DNA from: a bacterium
GTDB lineage: Bacteria; Patescibacteriota; Microgenomatia; Levybacterales; UBA12049
DNA: 64,000 bases
NCBI GenBank assembly: GCA_021813145.1
Contig: JAKALS010000004.1
Coordinates: forward strand, 8,594-72,593
Direction of reading: 5' to 3'
Shown in pieces: positions 21,534-31,886 of the stretch; position 1 is the first letter of the stretch; every line of letters begins with the position of its first letter. The notes under the pieces are model-generated. The model was not told where the DNA came from. It searched no databases and worked only from the letters and a program-made list of their open reading frames with translations. Both the position numbers and the translations under genes were made by a program.

Positions 21534-21773
21534 ATGAAGAAGACATTTTCGGGAAAAGTAGTTTCGCTTAAAATGCAAAATACGGCAGTGGTCGAAGTCT
21601 TAAGATACATAGAACACCCGCTTTATAAAAAGAGGCTAAAAAGGACAAAAAAATATAAGGCGGATTTGGGAGAATTAACCGTAAATCTTGGAGATAGAGT
21701 AAGAATCCAGGAAATCCCTCCGATGTCAAAAGGAAAATATTTTAGAGTGTTGCCGGGAAAGGCGGAAAAATAA
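21534..21773 (+). CDS. rpsQ: 30S ribosomal protein uS17
   Basis: GKVVSLKMQNT, HPLYKK, PMSKGK; ATG at 21534. Confidence 0.96.
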   Translation: MKKTFSGKVVSLKMQNTAVVEVLRYIEHPLYKKRLKRTKKYKADLGELTVNLGDRVRIQEIPPMSKGKYFRVLPGKAEK

Positions 21774-22148
21774 ATGATACAGCACAGAAGTATTTTAAAA
21801 GTTGCTGATAATTCGGGAGCAAAATCTCTTATGGTAATCCATATCTTCGGGGGTTCAAAGAGAAAATATGGGTATTTGGGAGATGTATTAAACTGTGTCG
21901 TCAGAGAAGCGAATCCGACTGGACAGGTAAAAGACAGCGAGATAGTAAAAGTTGTTCTTGTCAGGTCAAGGAAAGAATTCAAAAGAGCGGACGGTTCTTA
22001 TATAAGATTTTCCGATAACGCGGGAGTCCTGATAGACAATATAAAAGATAAAAATCCCAGGGGAACCAGGATATTCGGACCTGTTGCAAGAGAGGTAAGA
22101 GACAGAGGGTTTGCAAAAATAGCGAGCATGGCAGTAGAAGTTGATTAG
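21774..22148 (+). CDS. rplN: 50S ribosomal protein uL14
   Basis: [20 protein letters not shown]. Confidence 0.99.
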   Translation: MIQHRSILKVADNSGAKSLMVIHIFGGSKRKYGYLGDVLNCVVREANPTGQVKDSEIVKVVLVRSRKEFKRADGSYIRFSDNAGVLIDNIKDKNPRGTRIFGPVAREVRDRGFAKIASMAVEVD

Positions 22149-22183
22149 TCCATAAAATTGAAAGTTATAAAGGTAAAAAAATT

Positions 22184-22489
22184 ATGAAATTAAAAAGAGG
22201 AGACGAAGTAAAAGTAGTAAAAGGAAAAGACAAGGGAAAGACCGGAAAAGTAGAACAGGTTTTTCCAAAATTTAATAAGGTTTTAATAAACGGTGTAAAC
22301 GAGTTTAAGAGACATCTTAAAAAAAGAACAGAAGAGCAGGCATCTCAGATAGTAACTCTTACAAAACCGATGCCGGTTGCAAATGTTTCCCTTGTTTGCC
22401 CCAAGTGCCATCTTACAACAAGAGTCTCTTATAAATCGGAAAAAAATAAAAAAGTAAGAATTTGCAGTAAATGTAAGGCGGAAATTTAA
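22184..22489 (+). CDS. rplX: 50S ribosomal protein uL24
   Basis: KOW motif [16 protein letters not shown]; C-terminal CxxC pairs. Confidence 0.97.
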   Translation: MKLKRGDEVKVVKGKDKGKTGKVEQVFPKFNKVLINGVNEFKRHLKKRTEEQASQIVTLTKPMPVANVSLVCPKCHLTTRVSYKSEKNKKVRICSKCKAEI

Positions 22490-22490
22490 T

Positions 22491-23042
22491 ATGTCAAGAC
22501 TTGAGGAAAAATACAAAAAAGAACTGGTTAAAAAATTGCAAACCGATTTGGGAATAAAAAATGTAATGTCCGTTCCCAGAATGACAAAGATTGTTCTTAA
22601 TATGGGCGTAAAAGATGCAATTGCCGATAAGAAAAATATGGAAAAGGCAGCAGAGACCTTGGCTTTAATTACAGGTCAAAAACCTAAAGTTATGAAAGCC
22701 AAAAAATCTATTTCCACCTTTAAATTAAGAGAAGGGGACGAGATAGGATTGGTTGCAACGCTTAGAGGCGAGAGAATGTACGATTTTTATGATAAACTTG
22801 TCTCTATTGTTTTTCCAAGACTCAGAGATTTCCATGGAGTAAGGAGAAACAGTTTTGACGGACACGGAAATTATACTTTGGGCTTTGTGGAAAGTGCGGT
22901 ATTTCCGGAAATAGATCCCGGAAAAGTAGATAAGATACAGGGATTGGAAATTAGCATAGTTACAACGGCAAAAAGTAATAAGGAAGGAGAGGCATTGCTC
23001 GAAGCTTTGGGAATGCCCTTTGCGAAGGGAGAGAATAGATAA
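22491..23042 (+). CDS. rplE: 50S ribosomal protein uL5
   Basis: KIVLNMG, FKLREG, FDGHGNY. Confidence 0.99.
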   Translation: MSRLEEKYKKELVKKLQTDLGIKNVMSVPRMTKIVLNMGVKDAIADKKNMEKAAETLALITGQKPKVMKAKKSISTFKLREGDEIGLVATLRGERMYDFYDKLVSIVFPRLRDFHGVRRNSFDGHGNYTLGFVESAVFPEIDPGKVDKIQGLEISIVTTAKSNKEGEALLEALGMPFAKGENR

Positions 23043-23060
23043 TTCTATTCACTAAAATTT

Positions 23061-23246
23061 ATGGCTAAAGTATCGGATATAGTAAAGTTTAAGAAAAAAC
23101 AGAAATTTAAGGTAAGAGAAAAGAACAGATGTAAAATCTGCGGTAGATCCCGCGGCTACATGAGAAAGTTTGGAATTTGCAGACTCTGCTTTAGAGAACT
23201 TGCACAGAAAGGAGAACTTCCCGGAGTAGTTAAATCTACCTGGTAA
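23061..23246 (+). CDS. rpsN: 30S ribosomal protein uS14, zinc-binding (C+) type
   Basis: RCKICGR...CRLCFRE; 61 aa. Confidence 0.98.
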   Translation: MAKVSDIVKFKKKQKFKVREKNRCKICGRSRGYMRKFGICRLCFRELAQKGELPGVVKSTW

Positions 23247-23252
23247 CGAGCT

Positions 23253-23645
23253 ATGAATCATACCGTTTCGGATTTTGTGGTAAGAATTAAAAATGCAACA
23301 CTCGCAAGAAGGAAAGAGGTTATTCTACCTTTCTCGAACATAAATAAAGAAATAGGGAAAGTTCTTGTTAAGGAAGGATTTTTAGAGGGAATAAAAGAAG
23401 AAAGCGAAAAAGGCAAAAAAACACTTAAGGCAATAATCAAGTACGAAAAAAGGACACCTGTTCTTACGGATGTTCTTATAATATCAAAACCTTCGTTAAG
23501 AGTATACGAAGGAGCAAAGGATACGCAAGCAATAGAAAGAAGAGGAAATAAAACAATAATAATGTCTACAAGTAAAGGCGTTATGACAGGAAAAGAGGCA
23601 AGAAAAAAGGGAGTAGGAGGAGAAATATTATTTACCATTTGGTAA
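23253..23645 (+). CDS. rpsH: 30S ribosomal protein uS8
   Basis: ISKPSLRVY, STSKGVM, GGEI. Confidence 0.98.
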   Translation: MNHTVSDFVVRIKNATLARRKEVILPFSNINKEIGKVLVKEGFLEGIKEESEKGKKTLKAIIKYEKRTPVLTDVLIISKPSLRVYEGAKDTQAIERRGNKTIIMSTSKGVMTGKEARKKGVGGEILFTIW

Positions 23646-23684
23646 ATAAAAATAAAGGAATAAAAGATTAAATCTTAAATAAAT

Positions 23685-24242
23685 ATGTCAAAAATTGCAA
23701 AGAAACCGGTTTTAATAAAAGAAGGAGTAAGTGTAAATATAGCCGAGAATAAAGTTTCGGTTAACGGCCCAAAGGGCTCGCTTTCTTTTGTTGTTCCGCA
23801 AGGAATAGAAGTTAAACAGGAAGACGGTAATCTTGTAGTTTCACAAAGAATAAAAAATGACATAAAGACAAATGCCCTTTTCGGACTTACAAGGGCGATG
23901 GTGGCAAACATGGTAACGGGGGTATCAAACGGTTTTACCAAAAAACTCGAGCTTTCGGGAGTCGGATATAGAGCGCAAGCTTCCGGAAATACTCTTACGC
24001 TTTCACTGGGTTTTTCTCATCCGGTAATTATAAAAGGCGAAGAAGGAATAACGTTTGCCGTTGAGGAAAACGTAATTACGGTTTTGGGAATAGACAAAAC
24101 ACTTGTCGGAAATACTGCGGCAAGAATAAGGGCGATAAGGCCCCCGGAGCCTTATAAGGGGAAAGGTATAAAATATCAGGGCGAAAGAATAAGAAGGAAA
24201 GCAGGAAAAGCTGCAAAAGCCGTAGGAGGAGCTGCTAAATAA
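23685..24242 (+). CDS. rplF: 50S ribosomal protein uL6
   Basis: [17 protein letters not shown]. Confidence 0.99.
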   Translation: MSKIAKKPVLIKEGVSVNIAENKVSVNGPKGSLSFVVPQGIEVKQEDGNLVVSQRIKNDIKTNALFGLTRAMVANMVTGVSNGFTKKLELSGVGYRAQASGNTLTLSLGFSHPVIIKGEEGITFAVEENVITVLGIDKTLVGNTAARIRAIRPPEPYKGKGIKYQGERIRRKAGKAAKAVGGAAK

Positions 24243-24580
24243 TGAATAAAAAAATAAGAAGACAAAAAAGGGTAAGGGTAAAACTTTTCGGAACCAAAGA
24301 AAAACCAAGACTATCCGTTTTCAGGTCTAACAGATATATTTTTGCGCAGGTAATAGACGACGAGAAAAAAGAAACAATCGTGGGAATTTCGGAAAAAGAT
24401 CTATCTCTCAAGGAAAGGATAAATAAAACAGAAAAAGCCAAACTTCTGGGAAACCTTTTGGCAAAGAAAGTTTTGGAAAAAAAGATAAAGAAAGTTATTT
24501 TTGACAGAGGAAGTTATATGTATCATGGAAGAGTAAAAGCATTGGCGGAAGGCGCAAGGGAAGGAGGACTTGAATTTTAA
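24242..24580 (+). CDS. rplR: 50S ribosomal protein uL18
   Basis: [21 protein letters not shown]. Confidence 0.98.
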   Translation: MNKKIRRQKRVRVKLFGTKEKPRLSVFRSNRYIFAQVIDDEKKETIVGISEKDLSLKERINKTEKAKLLGNLLAKKVLEKKIKKVIFDRGSYMYHGRVKALAEGAREGGLEF

Positions 24581-25095
24581 TGGACAGAAATATTAGGCGG
24601 ATGGAGAGCGTCAGAAATCAGGACGGATTTGAAGAAGAAATAGTCCAGGTAAACAGAGTCTCTAAAAAAACAAAAGGAGGAAACAAAATCGGATTCTCTG
24701 TCCTTACGGTTGTTGGTGATAAAAAAGGAAAAGTCGGAGTAGGTTTAGGAAAGGCTCCCGATGTATCGGCAGCTATTAAAAAAGGGGTAGCGTTGGCAAA
24801 AAAACACGCAATTGAAGTGCCTATACAAAACGGAACCATTCCTTTTGAGGTAAATATTAAATTAGGAGCCGCAAAAGTACTTCTTAAACCTGCGCCTCCG
24901 GGGAGCGGAGTAATAGCAGGAGGAGCGGTAAGAAGCGTAGTTTCTTTGGCCGGCATACAAAATGTCTCCTCAAAGGTTTTAGGAACAGATAATCAGGCAA
25001 GCAATGTTTACGCCACAATAGAGGCATTAAAAAGATTATCCGAAAGGCATAAAAGACAAAAAGAATTAAGGGGAGTGAAAGATGAATCTAAATAA
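24580..25095 (+). CDS. rpsE: 30S ribosomal protein uS5
   Basis: RVSKKTKGG, PAPPGSGVIAGG. Confidence 0.99.
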   Translation: MDRNIRRMESVRNQDGFEEEIVQVNRVSKKTKGGNKIGFSVLTVVGDKKGKVGVGLGKAPDVSAAIKKGVALAKKHAIEVPIQNGTIPFEVNIKLGAAKVLLKPAPPGSGVIAGGAVRSVVSLAGIQNVSSKVLGTDNQASNVYATIEALKRLSERHKRQKELRGVKDESK

Positions 25096-25540
25096 TCTTG
25101 CAAAAACTACAAAAAGAGAAAAGAAAAGACTCGGCCAGGGTCACGGCTCGGGAAGGGTAAAAACTTCGGGGCGGGGAACAAAAGGACAGAAAGCCAGAAG
25201 CAAAATTCCCCTTTATTTTGAAGGGGGAGCTCTCCCTTTAATTAAAAGGATGCCATTCCATCGGGGGAAAGGCAAAAATAAAGTCTTTAAGAAAAAACCT
25301 ATTGTAATAAATATTGAAGCATTAAACCTTTTTAAGAAAGACGAATCAATAGACTTAAAAGCCCTTATAGCAAAAAAAATCGTAGAGGAAGAAGAGGCAA
25401 AATTATACGGAGTGAAAATACTGGGAAACGGAGAAATAAAAACGTCTTTAACCATAAAATTGCCAATTTCTAAACAGGCAGAGGAAAAAATAAAAAAAGC
25501 CGGCGGTCGAGTCGAGCTTGAGGGGAAAAGTAGAATTTAA
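25082..25540 (+). CDS. rplO: 50S ribosomal protein uL15 (directly follows rpsE; no rpmD)
   Basis: RLGQGHGSG, GRGTKGQKAR, FEGG. Confidence 0.98.
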   Translation: MNLNNLAKTTKREKKRLGQGHGSGRVKTSGRGTKGQKARSKIPLYFEGGALPLIKRMPFHRGKGKNKVFKKKPIVINIEALNLFKKDESIDLKALIAKKIVEEEEAKLYGVKILGNGEIKTSLTIKLPISKQAEEKIKKAGGRVELEGKSRI

Positions 25541-25544
25541 TTAA

Positions 25545-26834
25545 ATGGACCGAATTTTAGCCATTTTTAAAAACAGCGTAAATTCTCCCGACGTAAGAAG
25601 AAAACTTTTGTTTACTGCTCTGATATTTGCCGTGTTCAGAGTATTTGCCCATATCCCCGTTTCGGGCGTAAACGTAGCACAACTTAAAGCGCTTTTTGCA
25701 CAAAATCAATTCCTTGGACTTTTGGATATATTCTCGGGAGGAACGCTTGCAAATTTTTCGATTATGGCTTTAGGACTTAACCCATACATTAACGCATCGA
25801 TTATTTTTCAGCTTTTGGGAATGGTTTTTCCAAAACTCGAGGAACTGCAAAAAGAGGGAGATCAGGGAAGGCAGAAGATTAATCAGTACACAAGAATTTT
25901 AACAGTTCCCCTCGCAATGCTTCAGGCTATAGGTATGTATGCTCTTTTAAGAAACCAGGGGATAATTTCGGTTTTTAATCCTTTGGATATTGTTTCTTTT
26001 ATAGTTGTAACTACCGCCGGAACAATGCTTTTGGTATGGCTTGGAGAAATGATTACAGACAGAGGCGTTGGAAACGGAATTTCACTTCTTATTTTTGCGG
26101 GTATAATTTCAAGACTTCCCGTATTGTTTGGTCAGACCGCCTCTACCGTTACAGCGCAGAACTTCTTTAATTTGGGAGTATTTGCCGTAATGGGACTTTT
26201 GGTAATTGCTTCTATAGTAGTTATAAACGAGGCCACCAGGCAGATAACAGTTTATTATGCAAAGCAGGTAAGAGGAAACAAGATGTACGGAGGCCAGTCC
26301 ACTCACTTGCCTCTCCGTTTAAATCAGGCAGGAGTAATACCTATTATATTTGCCGTTTCTTTGGTCCTTTTGCCTTCGTTAATTGCCAATTACCTTTCGG
26401 TTTCAAAGATCCCTGTCTTACATAATATCGCTACAGATATTACGATATGGCTTAATCCCAACGGATTTTTATATAACGCCATGTATTTTATCCTTGTCGT
26501 AGGGTTTACTTACTTTTATACGGCTGTTGTTTTTAACCCTAAAAAAATTGCCGAGGAAATACAAAAATACGGAGGATTTATTCCGGGAATAAGGCCGGGT
26601 GCTCCAACGGCAAAATATTTGAATTACATATTAACAAGGATTACCCTTGCGGGAGCAATATTTTTGGGTATTATTGCCATATTTCCGACAATTGCAAGAG
26701 CCGCCACTAATGTCCAGAATCTCCTTTTGGGAGGTACAGGGATACTAATCGTTGTTTCGGTAATTCTCGAGACCATAAAAGCAATTGAGGCCCAACTGGT
26801 GATGAGAAATTACGAGAGCTTCGCAAAAAAATAA
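25545..26834 (+). CDS. secY: Preprotein translocase SecY
   Basis: [32 protein letters not shown]. Confidence 0.99.
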   Translation: MDRILAIFKNSVNSPDVRRKLLFTALIFAVFRVFAHIPVSGVNVAQLKALFAQNQFLGLLDIFSGGTLANFSIMALGLNPYINASIIFQLLGMVFPKLEELQKEGDQGRQKINQYTRILTVPLAMLQAIGMYALLRNQGIISVFNPLDIVSFIVVTTAGTMLLVWLGEMITDRGVGNGISLLIFAGIISRLPVLFGQTASTVTAQNFFNLGVFAVMGLLVIASIVVINEATRQITVYYAKQVRGNKMYGGQSTHLPLRLNQAGVIPIIFAVSLVLLPSLIANYLSVSKIPVLHNIATDITIWLNPNGFLYNAMYFILVVGFTYFYTAVVFNPKKIAEEIQKYGGFIPGIRPGAPTAKYLNYILTRITLAGAIFLGIIAIFPTIARAATNVQNLLLGGTGILIVVSVILETIKAIEAQLVMRNYESFAKK

Positions 26835-26843
26835 TAGAAAATT

Positions 26844-27377
26844 ATGAAACTTATTCTGATAGGAATTCAGGGAGCCGGAAAATCTACGCAGGGAAATTTA
26901 CTTTCCGAAAAACTAGGAATTCCATATCTTTCGACAGGTCATATCTTTAGGGAAATGGCAAAAGAAAAAACACCGCTCGGCAGATATATAAAAGAAACGA
27001 TAAATGCCGGGTATCTTATTCCAGACGAAAAAACTCTCGAGATCGTTACCGGTTATTTGCATAGGCCAGAATATGAAAAAGGGTATATAATGGACGGATT
27101 TCCGAGAACCACACAGCAGGCCGAAAAATTCGAAAACGGGATAGATAAGGTGATTTATCTTAAGGTTTCGGATAAAGAGGCTTTGTGGAGGCTTTCGGGA
27201 AGAAGCGACAACAGACAAGACGATACTTTGCAGGCGATAAGAAAAAGAATAAATCTTTTCCACGAATTTACCGAGCCGGTAATCGATTATTTTAAGAAAA
27301 AAGGAATATTGGTTGAAATAGACGGAGAAAAGCAGATAGAGGAAATCCACAAAGAAATCCTCTCAAAGCTTCATTAA
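26844..27377 (+). CDS. adk: Adenylate kinase, short-LID type
   Basis: GIQGAGKST, STGHIFR, DGFPRT, RQDD. Confidence 0.95.
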   Translation: MKLILIGIQGAGKSTQGNLLSEKLGIPYLSTGHIFREMAKEKTPLGRYIKETINAGYLIPDEKTLEIVTGYLHRPEYEKGYIMDGFPRTTQQAEKFENGIDKVIYLKVSDKEALWRLSGRSDNRQDDTLQAIRKRINLFHEFTEPVIDYFKKKGILVEIDGEKQIEEIHKEILSKLH

Positions 27378-27392
27378 ATCTTCGCTCGAATT

Positions 27393-28112
27393 ATGGAAAA
27401 AGGTTTTGTTATTGCTATAGATGGTCCGGCTGCTGCCGGAAAAGGTACGATTGTCCAGATGCTTACAAAATATCTTGACGGAATAAATATTTACACGGGA
27501 GGAATGTACAGAGCTTTAGGTTTAAAATGTTTAAGAAAAAACATCTCTCTTGATGATAAAGAAAAGATAATAGAAATTATGAATAATTCCGATATAAACC
27601 TGGGAAGCGGAGATAATCTGGGAATAGTTGCGAATGTATATCTTGACGGAGAAAACGTAACCGAGGGGATAAAGACTCCAGATGTGGGCATAGCTGCGGG
27701 CAAAACGGTTCTTATAGAAGAGGTCCGCAATGCTATGGTGAGAAGACAAAGAGAGCTGGCAGACAGATTTATAAACATGGGAAAAACCGTTATTCTGGAC
27801 GGTCAGGATACGGCTCTTATATATCCTGACGCAAAAATTAAAATATTCCTTACGGCGAGTCAGGAAGCGAGGGCAAAAAGAAGACAAAAACAATACGAAC
27901 GGCAGGGAATAGCAAAAACCTTGGAAAATGTTCTCTCGGAAATTAAAGAAAGGGATACGCGAGACTTTTCCAGGAATGTTCATCCGCTTTCAAAGGATCC
28001 GTTAAATGATGGCTATTTCGTTCTGGATAGCACGGATTTAAATGAAGAAGAAACTTTTAATATAATAAAAGAAGAACTTTTTAAAAGAGGTTTTATTAAT
28101 GATAAAAATTAA
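27393..28112 (+). CDS. cmk: Cytidylate kinase
   Basis: IAIDGPAAAGKGT, TGGMYRA, KIFLTAS, ERDTRD. Confidence 0.93.
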   Translation: MEKGFVIAIDGPAAAGKGTIVQMLTKYLDGINIYTGGMYRALGLKCLRKNISLDDKEKIIEIMNNSDINLGSGDNLGIVANVYLDGENVTEGIKTPDVGIAAGKTVLIEEVRNAMVRRQRELADRFINMGKTVILDGQDTALIYPDAKIKIFLTASQEARAKRRQKQYERQGIAKTLENVLSEIKERDTRDFSRNVHPLSKDPLNDGYFVLDSTDLNEEETFNIIKEELFKRGFINDKN

Positions 28113-28869
28113 AAATAAAAAAGAAATAGAAATAATGGCAAAGTCGGGGAACATACTTGCAAATACTTTATTCGAGGTATTAAGGCATGTCGAGCCTGGA
28201 GTTTCTGAAAAAGAACTCGACAAACTGGCCGATGATTTAATAGTAAAACAGGGAGGATATCCCGGTTTTAAAAAAGTTCCCGGTTACCATAATGCTACGT
28301 GTATTGCTACAAACGATGTAGTTGTCCACGGAATCCCTTCGGATTATCGGCTAAAAGAGGGGGACGTTATAGCAATTGACTGCGGAGTATTTTATAAAGG
28401 TTACCATTCGGATATGTGCGAAACGGTAAGAGTAAGGTCTAAGGGGTCAAAGTTAAAAAAAGACAGGGTGGACGAATTTCTGGAAATTGGGAAAAAAGCT
28501 CTCGAGGAAGGAATAAAAGCCGCAAAATTAGGCAATCATGTGGGTGATATATCGAAAGTTATACAGGACATAGTAGAGAAAAAAGCCGGGTATTCGGTCG
28601 TAAGAAGCCTTGTGGGCCATGGAGTCGGAAAAGAACTTCATGAGGATCCCGAAGTTCCGGGTTACCTTATGGATAGAATAGAGGATACGCCTGTTCTTAA
28701 AGAAGGAATGGTAATAGCCATAGAGGTAATTTACAATATGGGAGCAAGTGATGTGGTATATGCAAATGATGACGGTTGGACAATTGCAACCGAAGACGGA
28801 AGCCTTTCGGCTGTTTTTGAAAGGACAATAGCAATAACAAAAGACGGCCCGTTGGTCCTTACCAAGTAG
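28099..28869 (+). CDS. map: Methionine aminopeptidase type I
   Basis: VVHGIP, DCG...SD, GHGVGKELHEDP, AIE. Confidence 0.97.
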   Translation: MIKIKNKKEIEIMAKSGNILANTLFEVLRHVEPGVSEKELDKLADDLIVKQGGYPGFKKVPGYHNATCIATNDVVVHGIPSDYRLKEGDVIAIDCGVFYKGYHSDMCETVRVRSKGSKLKKDRVDEFLEIGKKALEEGIKAAKLGNHVGDISKVIQDIVEKKAGYSVVRSLVGHGVGKELHEDPEVPGYLMDRIEDTPVLKEGMVIAIEVIYNMGASDVVYANDDGWTIATEDGSLSAVFERTIAITKDGPLVLTK

Positions 28870-28952
28870 TTGCTCTTTTCAGGTTCGTTTGTTATAATTG
28901 TAGATACAAAATTCTAAATCCCTAAGAAAAAACGGGATTAGAATTTTATTTT

Positions 28953-29171
28953 ATGGCTCATCAGGGAAGTTTTGAAGCCGAAGGGGTTGTAAGAGAATCT
29001 TTGCCGAATACCCTTTTTAGGGTAGAATTGCAAAACGGCGACATAATTCTTTGCCATTTGTCGGGCAAAATGAGGATGAATTTTATAAAGATCTTGCCGG
29101 GAGACAAAGTTAGGGTCGAAATGACTCCTTACGATAAAACAAAAGGAAGAATAGTTTACAGAAGCAAATAA
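28953..29171 (+). CDS. infA: Translation initiation factor IF-1
   Basis: [24 protein letters not shown]. Confidence 0.99.
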   Translation: MAHQGSFEAEGVVRESLPNTLFRVELQNGDIILCHLSGKMRMNFIKILPGDKVRVEMTPYDKTKGRIVYRSK

Positions 29172-29284
29172 TGAAAGTTCAGGCTAGCGTTAAACCAAGA
29201 TGTTCTAAATGTAAAATAATTAAGCGCAGAGGCGTGTTACGTGTGGTTTGCGAAAACCCCAGGCACAAACAAAGGCAGGGCTAG
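29171..29284 (+). CDS. rpmJ: 50S ribosomal protein bL36 (not in the ORF track)
   Basis: Hand translation [37 protein letters not shown]. Confidence 0.98.
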   Translation: MKVQASVKPRCSKCKIIKRRGVLRVVCENPRHKQRQG

Positions 29285-29318
29285 GTTAAATCGGACTAGC
29301 ATCGAAGATTATAGTATT

Positions 29319-29735
29319 ATGAGATTTTCAGGCGTAAACATACCGGACGAAAAAAGGGTCGACATAGGCCTTTCTTATCTTTATGGAATAGGAAGGAAAA
29401 ACGTAGAAGAAATTTTAAAAAAGTCCGAAGTTGACCCTTCGACAAGAGTAAAATCTCTTTCGGAAGACGAACAGAAAAGGATTCAGAAGGCACTCGAATC
29501 CTATAAAATAGAAGGAGATTTAAGAGCGGAAATTTCCGATAACGTAAAAAGACTCAGGGAAATGGGTACATACAGAGGAATAAGGCACAACAGAAATCTT
29601 CCGGTAAGAGGACAGAGAACAAAATCAAACGCAAGGACAAAAAGAGGAAAGAGAGTAACAATTGGAGCTATAAAGAAAGAAGTCGCGGCAAAAATGGGAA
29701 TCGGAACAGCAGCCCCGGCGGGAGGAGCTAAATAA
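29319..29735 (+). CDS. rpsM: 30S ribosomal protein uS13 (start at MRFSG)
   Basis: [27 protein letters not shown]. Confidence 0.98.
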   Translation: MRFSGVNIPDEKRVDIGLSYLYGIGRKNVEEILKKSEVDPSTRVKSLSEDEQKRIQKALESYKIEGDLRAEISDNVKRLREMGTYRGIRHNRNLPVRGQRTKSNARTKRGKRVTIGAIKKEVAAKMGIGTAAPAGGAK

Positions 29736-29737
29736 AA

Positions 29738-30145
29738 ATGGCAACAGCAGAAACAAAAAAGCAGACAAAAACAGCAAAGAAAAAATCCAATTTAAAAGTT
29801 TCAAATAACGGAAAGGTTTTTATTTCCGCTACTTTTAATAATACACTTGTAACAATTACAAACGATAAGGGAGACACTGTTGCCTGGAGTTCTGCAGGAG
29901 CAAGCGGATTTAAAGGGACAAGAAAATCAACTCCGTTTGCGGCAACAACCGCAGTCGAAGGAGTAGCGAAAAAGGCGGTTGATTCCGGAATAAAAACAGT
30001 AGAGGTTTTTGTAAAAGGACCGGGAGCGGGAAGAGACGCGGCGCTGAGAGCAATAAAGGCTGCCGGTCTTTCTATTTCGATGATTGCCGACGTTACGCCT
30101 ATGCCACACAACGGGCCAAGAGCGCAAAAGAAAAGAAGGGTATAG
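29738..30145 (+). CDS. rpsK: 30S ribosomal protein uS11
   Basis: [22 protein letters not shown]. Confidence 0.99.
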   Translation: MATAETKKQTKTAKKKSNLKVSNNGKVFISATFNNTLVTITNDKGDTVAWSSAGASGFKGTRKSTPFAATTAVEGVAKKAVDSGIKTVEVFVKGPGAGRDAALRAIKAAGLSISMIADVTPMPHNGPRAQKKRRV

Positions 30146-30249
30146 GATTTATGAATACATTAATCATTACAATTCGAAGAATTTTGGAAAGGAGAATCCA
30201 GCTGAAAGCCAAAGTCCGATAAGGACGAAGGCACTAACTGAGACTTGAC

Positions 30250-30855
30250 ATGGCTAGATATACAGGACCAAAACACAGATTAGCAAGAAGAGAAGGAGTA
30301 AATGTTTTAGATAAGACTTCTAAGAGCCTTCAAAGAAGGCTTAATGTTCCTCCGGGAATACACGGAAGAAAAAGAAGAAGAAGGCTTTCGGAATACGGAA
30401 CTCAACTTAGGGAAAAACAAAAAGCAAAAACAACATACGGGATTTTGGAAAAACAATTTAAAAAACTCGTTCAGACGGTACGAAAGAGAAAAGGCGAGAC
30501 CGGAGAAATGATAGTAGCGCTTTTGGAAACAAGGCTGGATAATGTTGTCTATAGACTGGGTTTCGCAAAATCCAGAAATATGGCAAGACAGTTTGTTACG
30601 CACGGACATGTCACTGTAAACGGAAAAAGAGTAAACATTCCTTCATATCAAGTCAGTATCGGAGATGTGATTGCCATATCACCGAAGATCCAAAAAAACC
30701 CTGAAGTTTCGGAACTTTTAGCAGACAAAGAAATGCCCGTATTACCCTTTTTAGAGAAAAAAGGCGTTTCCGGAAAGCTTGTCAGGATGCCCAAAAGGGA
30801 GGATTTGGAAGTTCCCTTCAACCTGCAGTTGATTATTGAATATTATTCCAGATAG
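30250..30855 (+). CDS. rpsD: 30S ribosomal protein uS4
   Basis: MARYTGP, LETRLDNVVYRLG, ARQFVTHGH. Confidence 0.99.
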   Translation: MARYTGPKHRLARREGVNVLDKTSKSLQRRLNVPPGIHGRKRRRRLSEYGTQLREKQKAKTTYGILEKQFKKLVQTVRKRKGETGEMIVALLETRLDNVVYRLGFAKSRNMARQFVTHGHVTVNGKRVNIPSYQVSIGDVIAISPKIQKNPEVSELLADKEMPVLPFLEKKGVSGKLVRMPKREDLEVPFNLQLIIEYYSR

Positions 30856-30872
30856 TGATAAAATAGTAAACT

Positions 30873-31790
30873 ATGGTCGAACCGACTTTTAAGATAAAAG
30901 AACAAAACGCAACCGATACTTTCGGAGAATTTATTATAGAACCTTTAGAACCCGGATATGGACACACGCTAGGCAACTCTTTAAGAAGAGTTCTTTTGGT
31001 TTCTATTCCCGGAGCAGCGGTTACATCTGTTAAAATTTCAGGCGTAAAACATAAGTTTTCAACTGTCCCCGGTCTTAAAGAAAATGTCGTAGATTTCCTT
31101 CTAAATATAAAAGGACTTAATTTAAGGCTTTTGGATGGTGCTACGGAGGCAACAGTAAAATTATCCGTAAAAGGACCGAAAGAAATTACGGCCAAAGATT
31201 TGGAAACCCCCGAAAATGTAGAAATAGTTAACCCTGACCACTACCTCGGATACTTAAGCGATAAAAAACTGGATATGGAATTGACAGTCGAAAAAGGAAT
31301 GGGATATTCTTTGGCTGAAGAAAGGAAAGTCTCGACTCTTGGAGTACTTTCTACAGACGCAGTATTTACACCTATACGAAGAGTCAACTATGAAGTTTCC
31401 GCAACAAGGGTAGGAAGACAAACAAATTTGGACAGACTCGGTTTGAGTATTTGGACAAATGGCGTGGTAACGCCCAAGGAGGCACTTGAGGAAGCTGCAA
31501 AAATATTAAGTTCTTATTTCTTCCAGGTTTATGAACCTAAATCGGCTCCGGCTTCGGAGGCTCCCGCTGTTCATTCATCTATTCCGGAAGCAACCTTAAA
31601 ACTTACCATAGATGAACTTGATTTACCAACAAGAATATATAATAGCTTAAGAAACGGCGGAATAGAAACATTGGGACAGCTTTTAGAAACTCCGAGAAAA
31701 GACCTCATCTCCATGAGGAATATGGGAGGTAAATCGATTACAGTAATAGAAGAAAAGCTGAGAGAAAAAGGTATAAGTTTAACGGTCTAG
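30873..31790 (+). CDS. rpoA: RNA polymerase alpha subunit
   Basis: EPLEPGYGHTLGNSLRRVLL; alpha-CTD IDELDLPTRIYNSL. Confidence 0.99.
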   Translation: MVEPTFKIKEQNATDTFGEFIIEPLEPGYGHTLGNSLRRVLLVSIPGAAVTSVKISGVKHKFSTVPGLKENVVDFLLNIKGLNLRLLDGATEATVKLSVKGPKEITAKDLETPENVEIVNPDHYLGYLSDKKLDMELTVEKGMGYSLAEERKVSTLGVLSTDAVFTPIRRVNYEVSATRVGRQTNLDRLGLSIWTNGVVTPKEALEEAAKILSSYFFQVYEPKSAPASEAPAVHSSIPEATLKLTIDELDLPTRIYNSLRNGGIETLGQLLETPRKDLISMRNMGGKSITVIEEKLREKGISLTV

Positions 31791-31793
31791 GGT

Positions 31794-31876
31794 AAATCCG
31801 AAATTCGAATTTCGAAATTCGAAATGGCTCGACTCCGGTCGAAGAGTTTCGTTTTTCGGGTTTAATATTCGGATTT
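31794..31876. repeat. AAATTCG 7-mer array plus inverted copy (long imperfect hairpin)
   Basis: AAATCCG AAATTCG AATTTCG AAATTCG ... GTTTCG TTTTTCGG ... TTCGGATTT. Confidence 0.8.
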
Positions 31877-31886
31877 TTTTGTATTT

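Noticed and set aside
28427-28460. Possible heptamer insert in map (RVRSKGSKLKK)
   Set aside because: Periodicity too weak to support by eye.
29241-29318. Extended N-terminus of uS13 in the ORF track
   Set aside because: Overlaps rpmJ; homology begins at ATG 29319.
30202-30233. Hammerhead-like CTGA...GTCC-loop-GGAC-GAA
   Set aside because: No CUGANGA adjacent to stem II, GAAG instead of GAAA, and no stems I/III; kept only as a hairpin.
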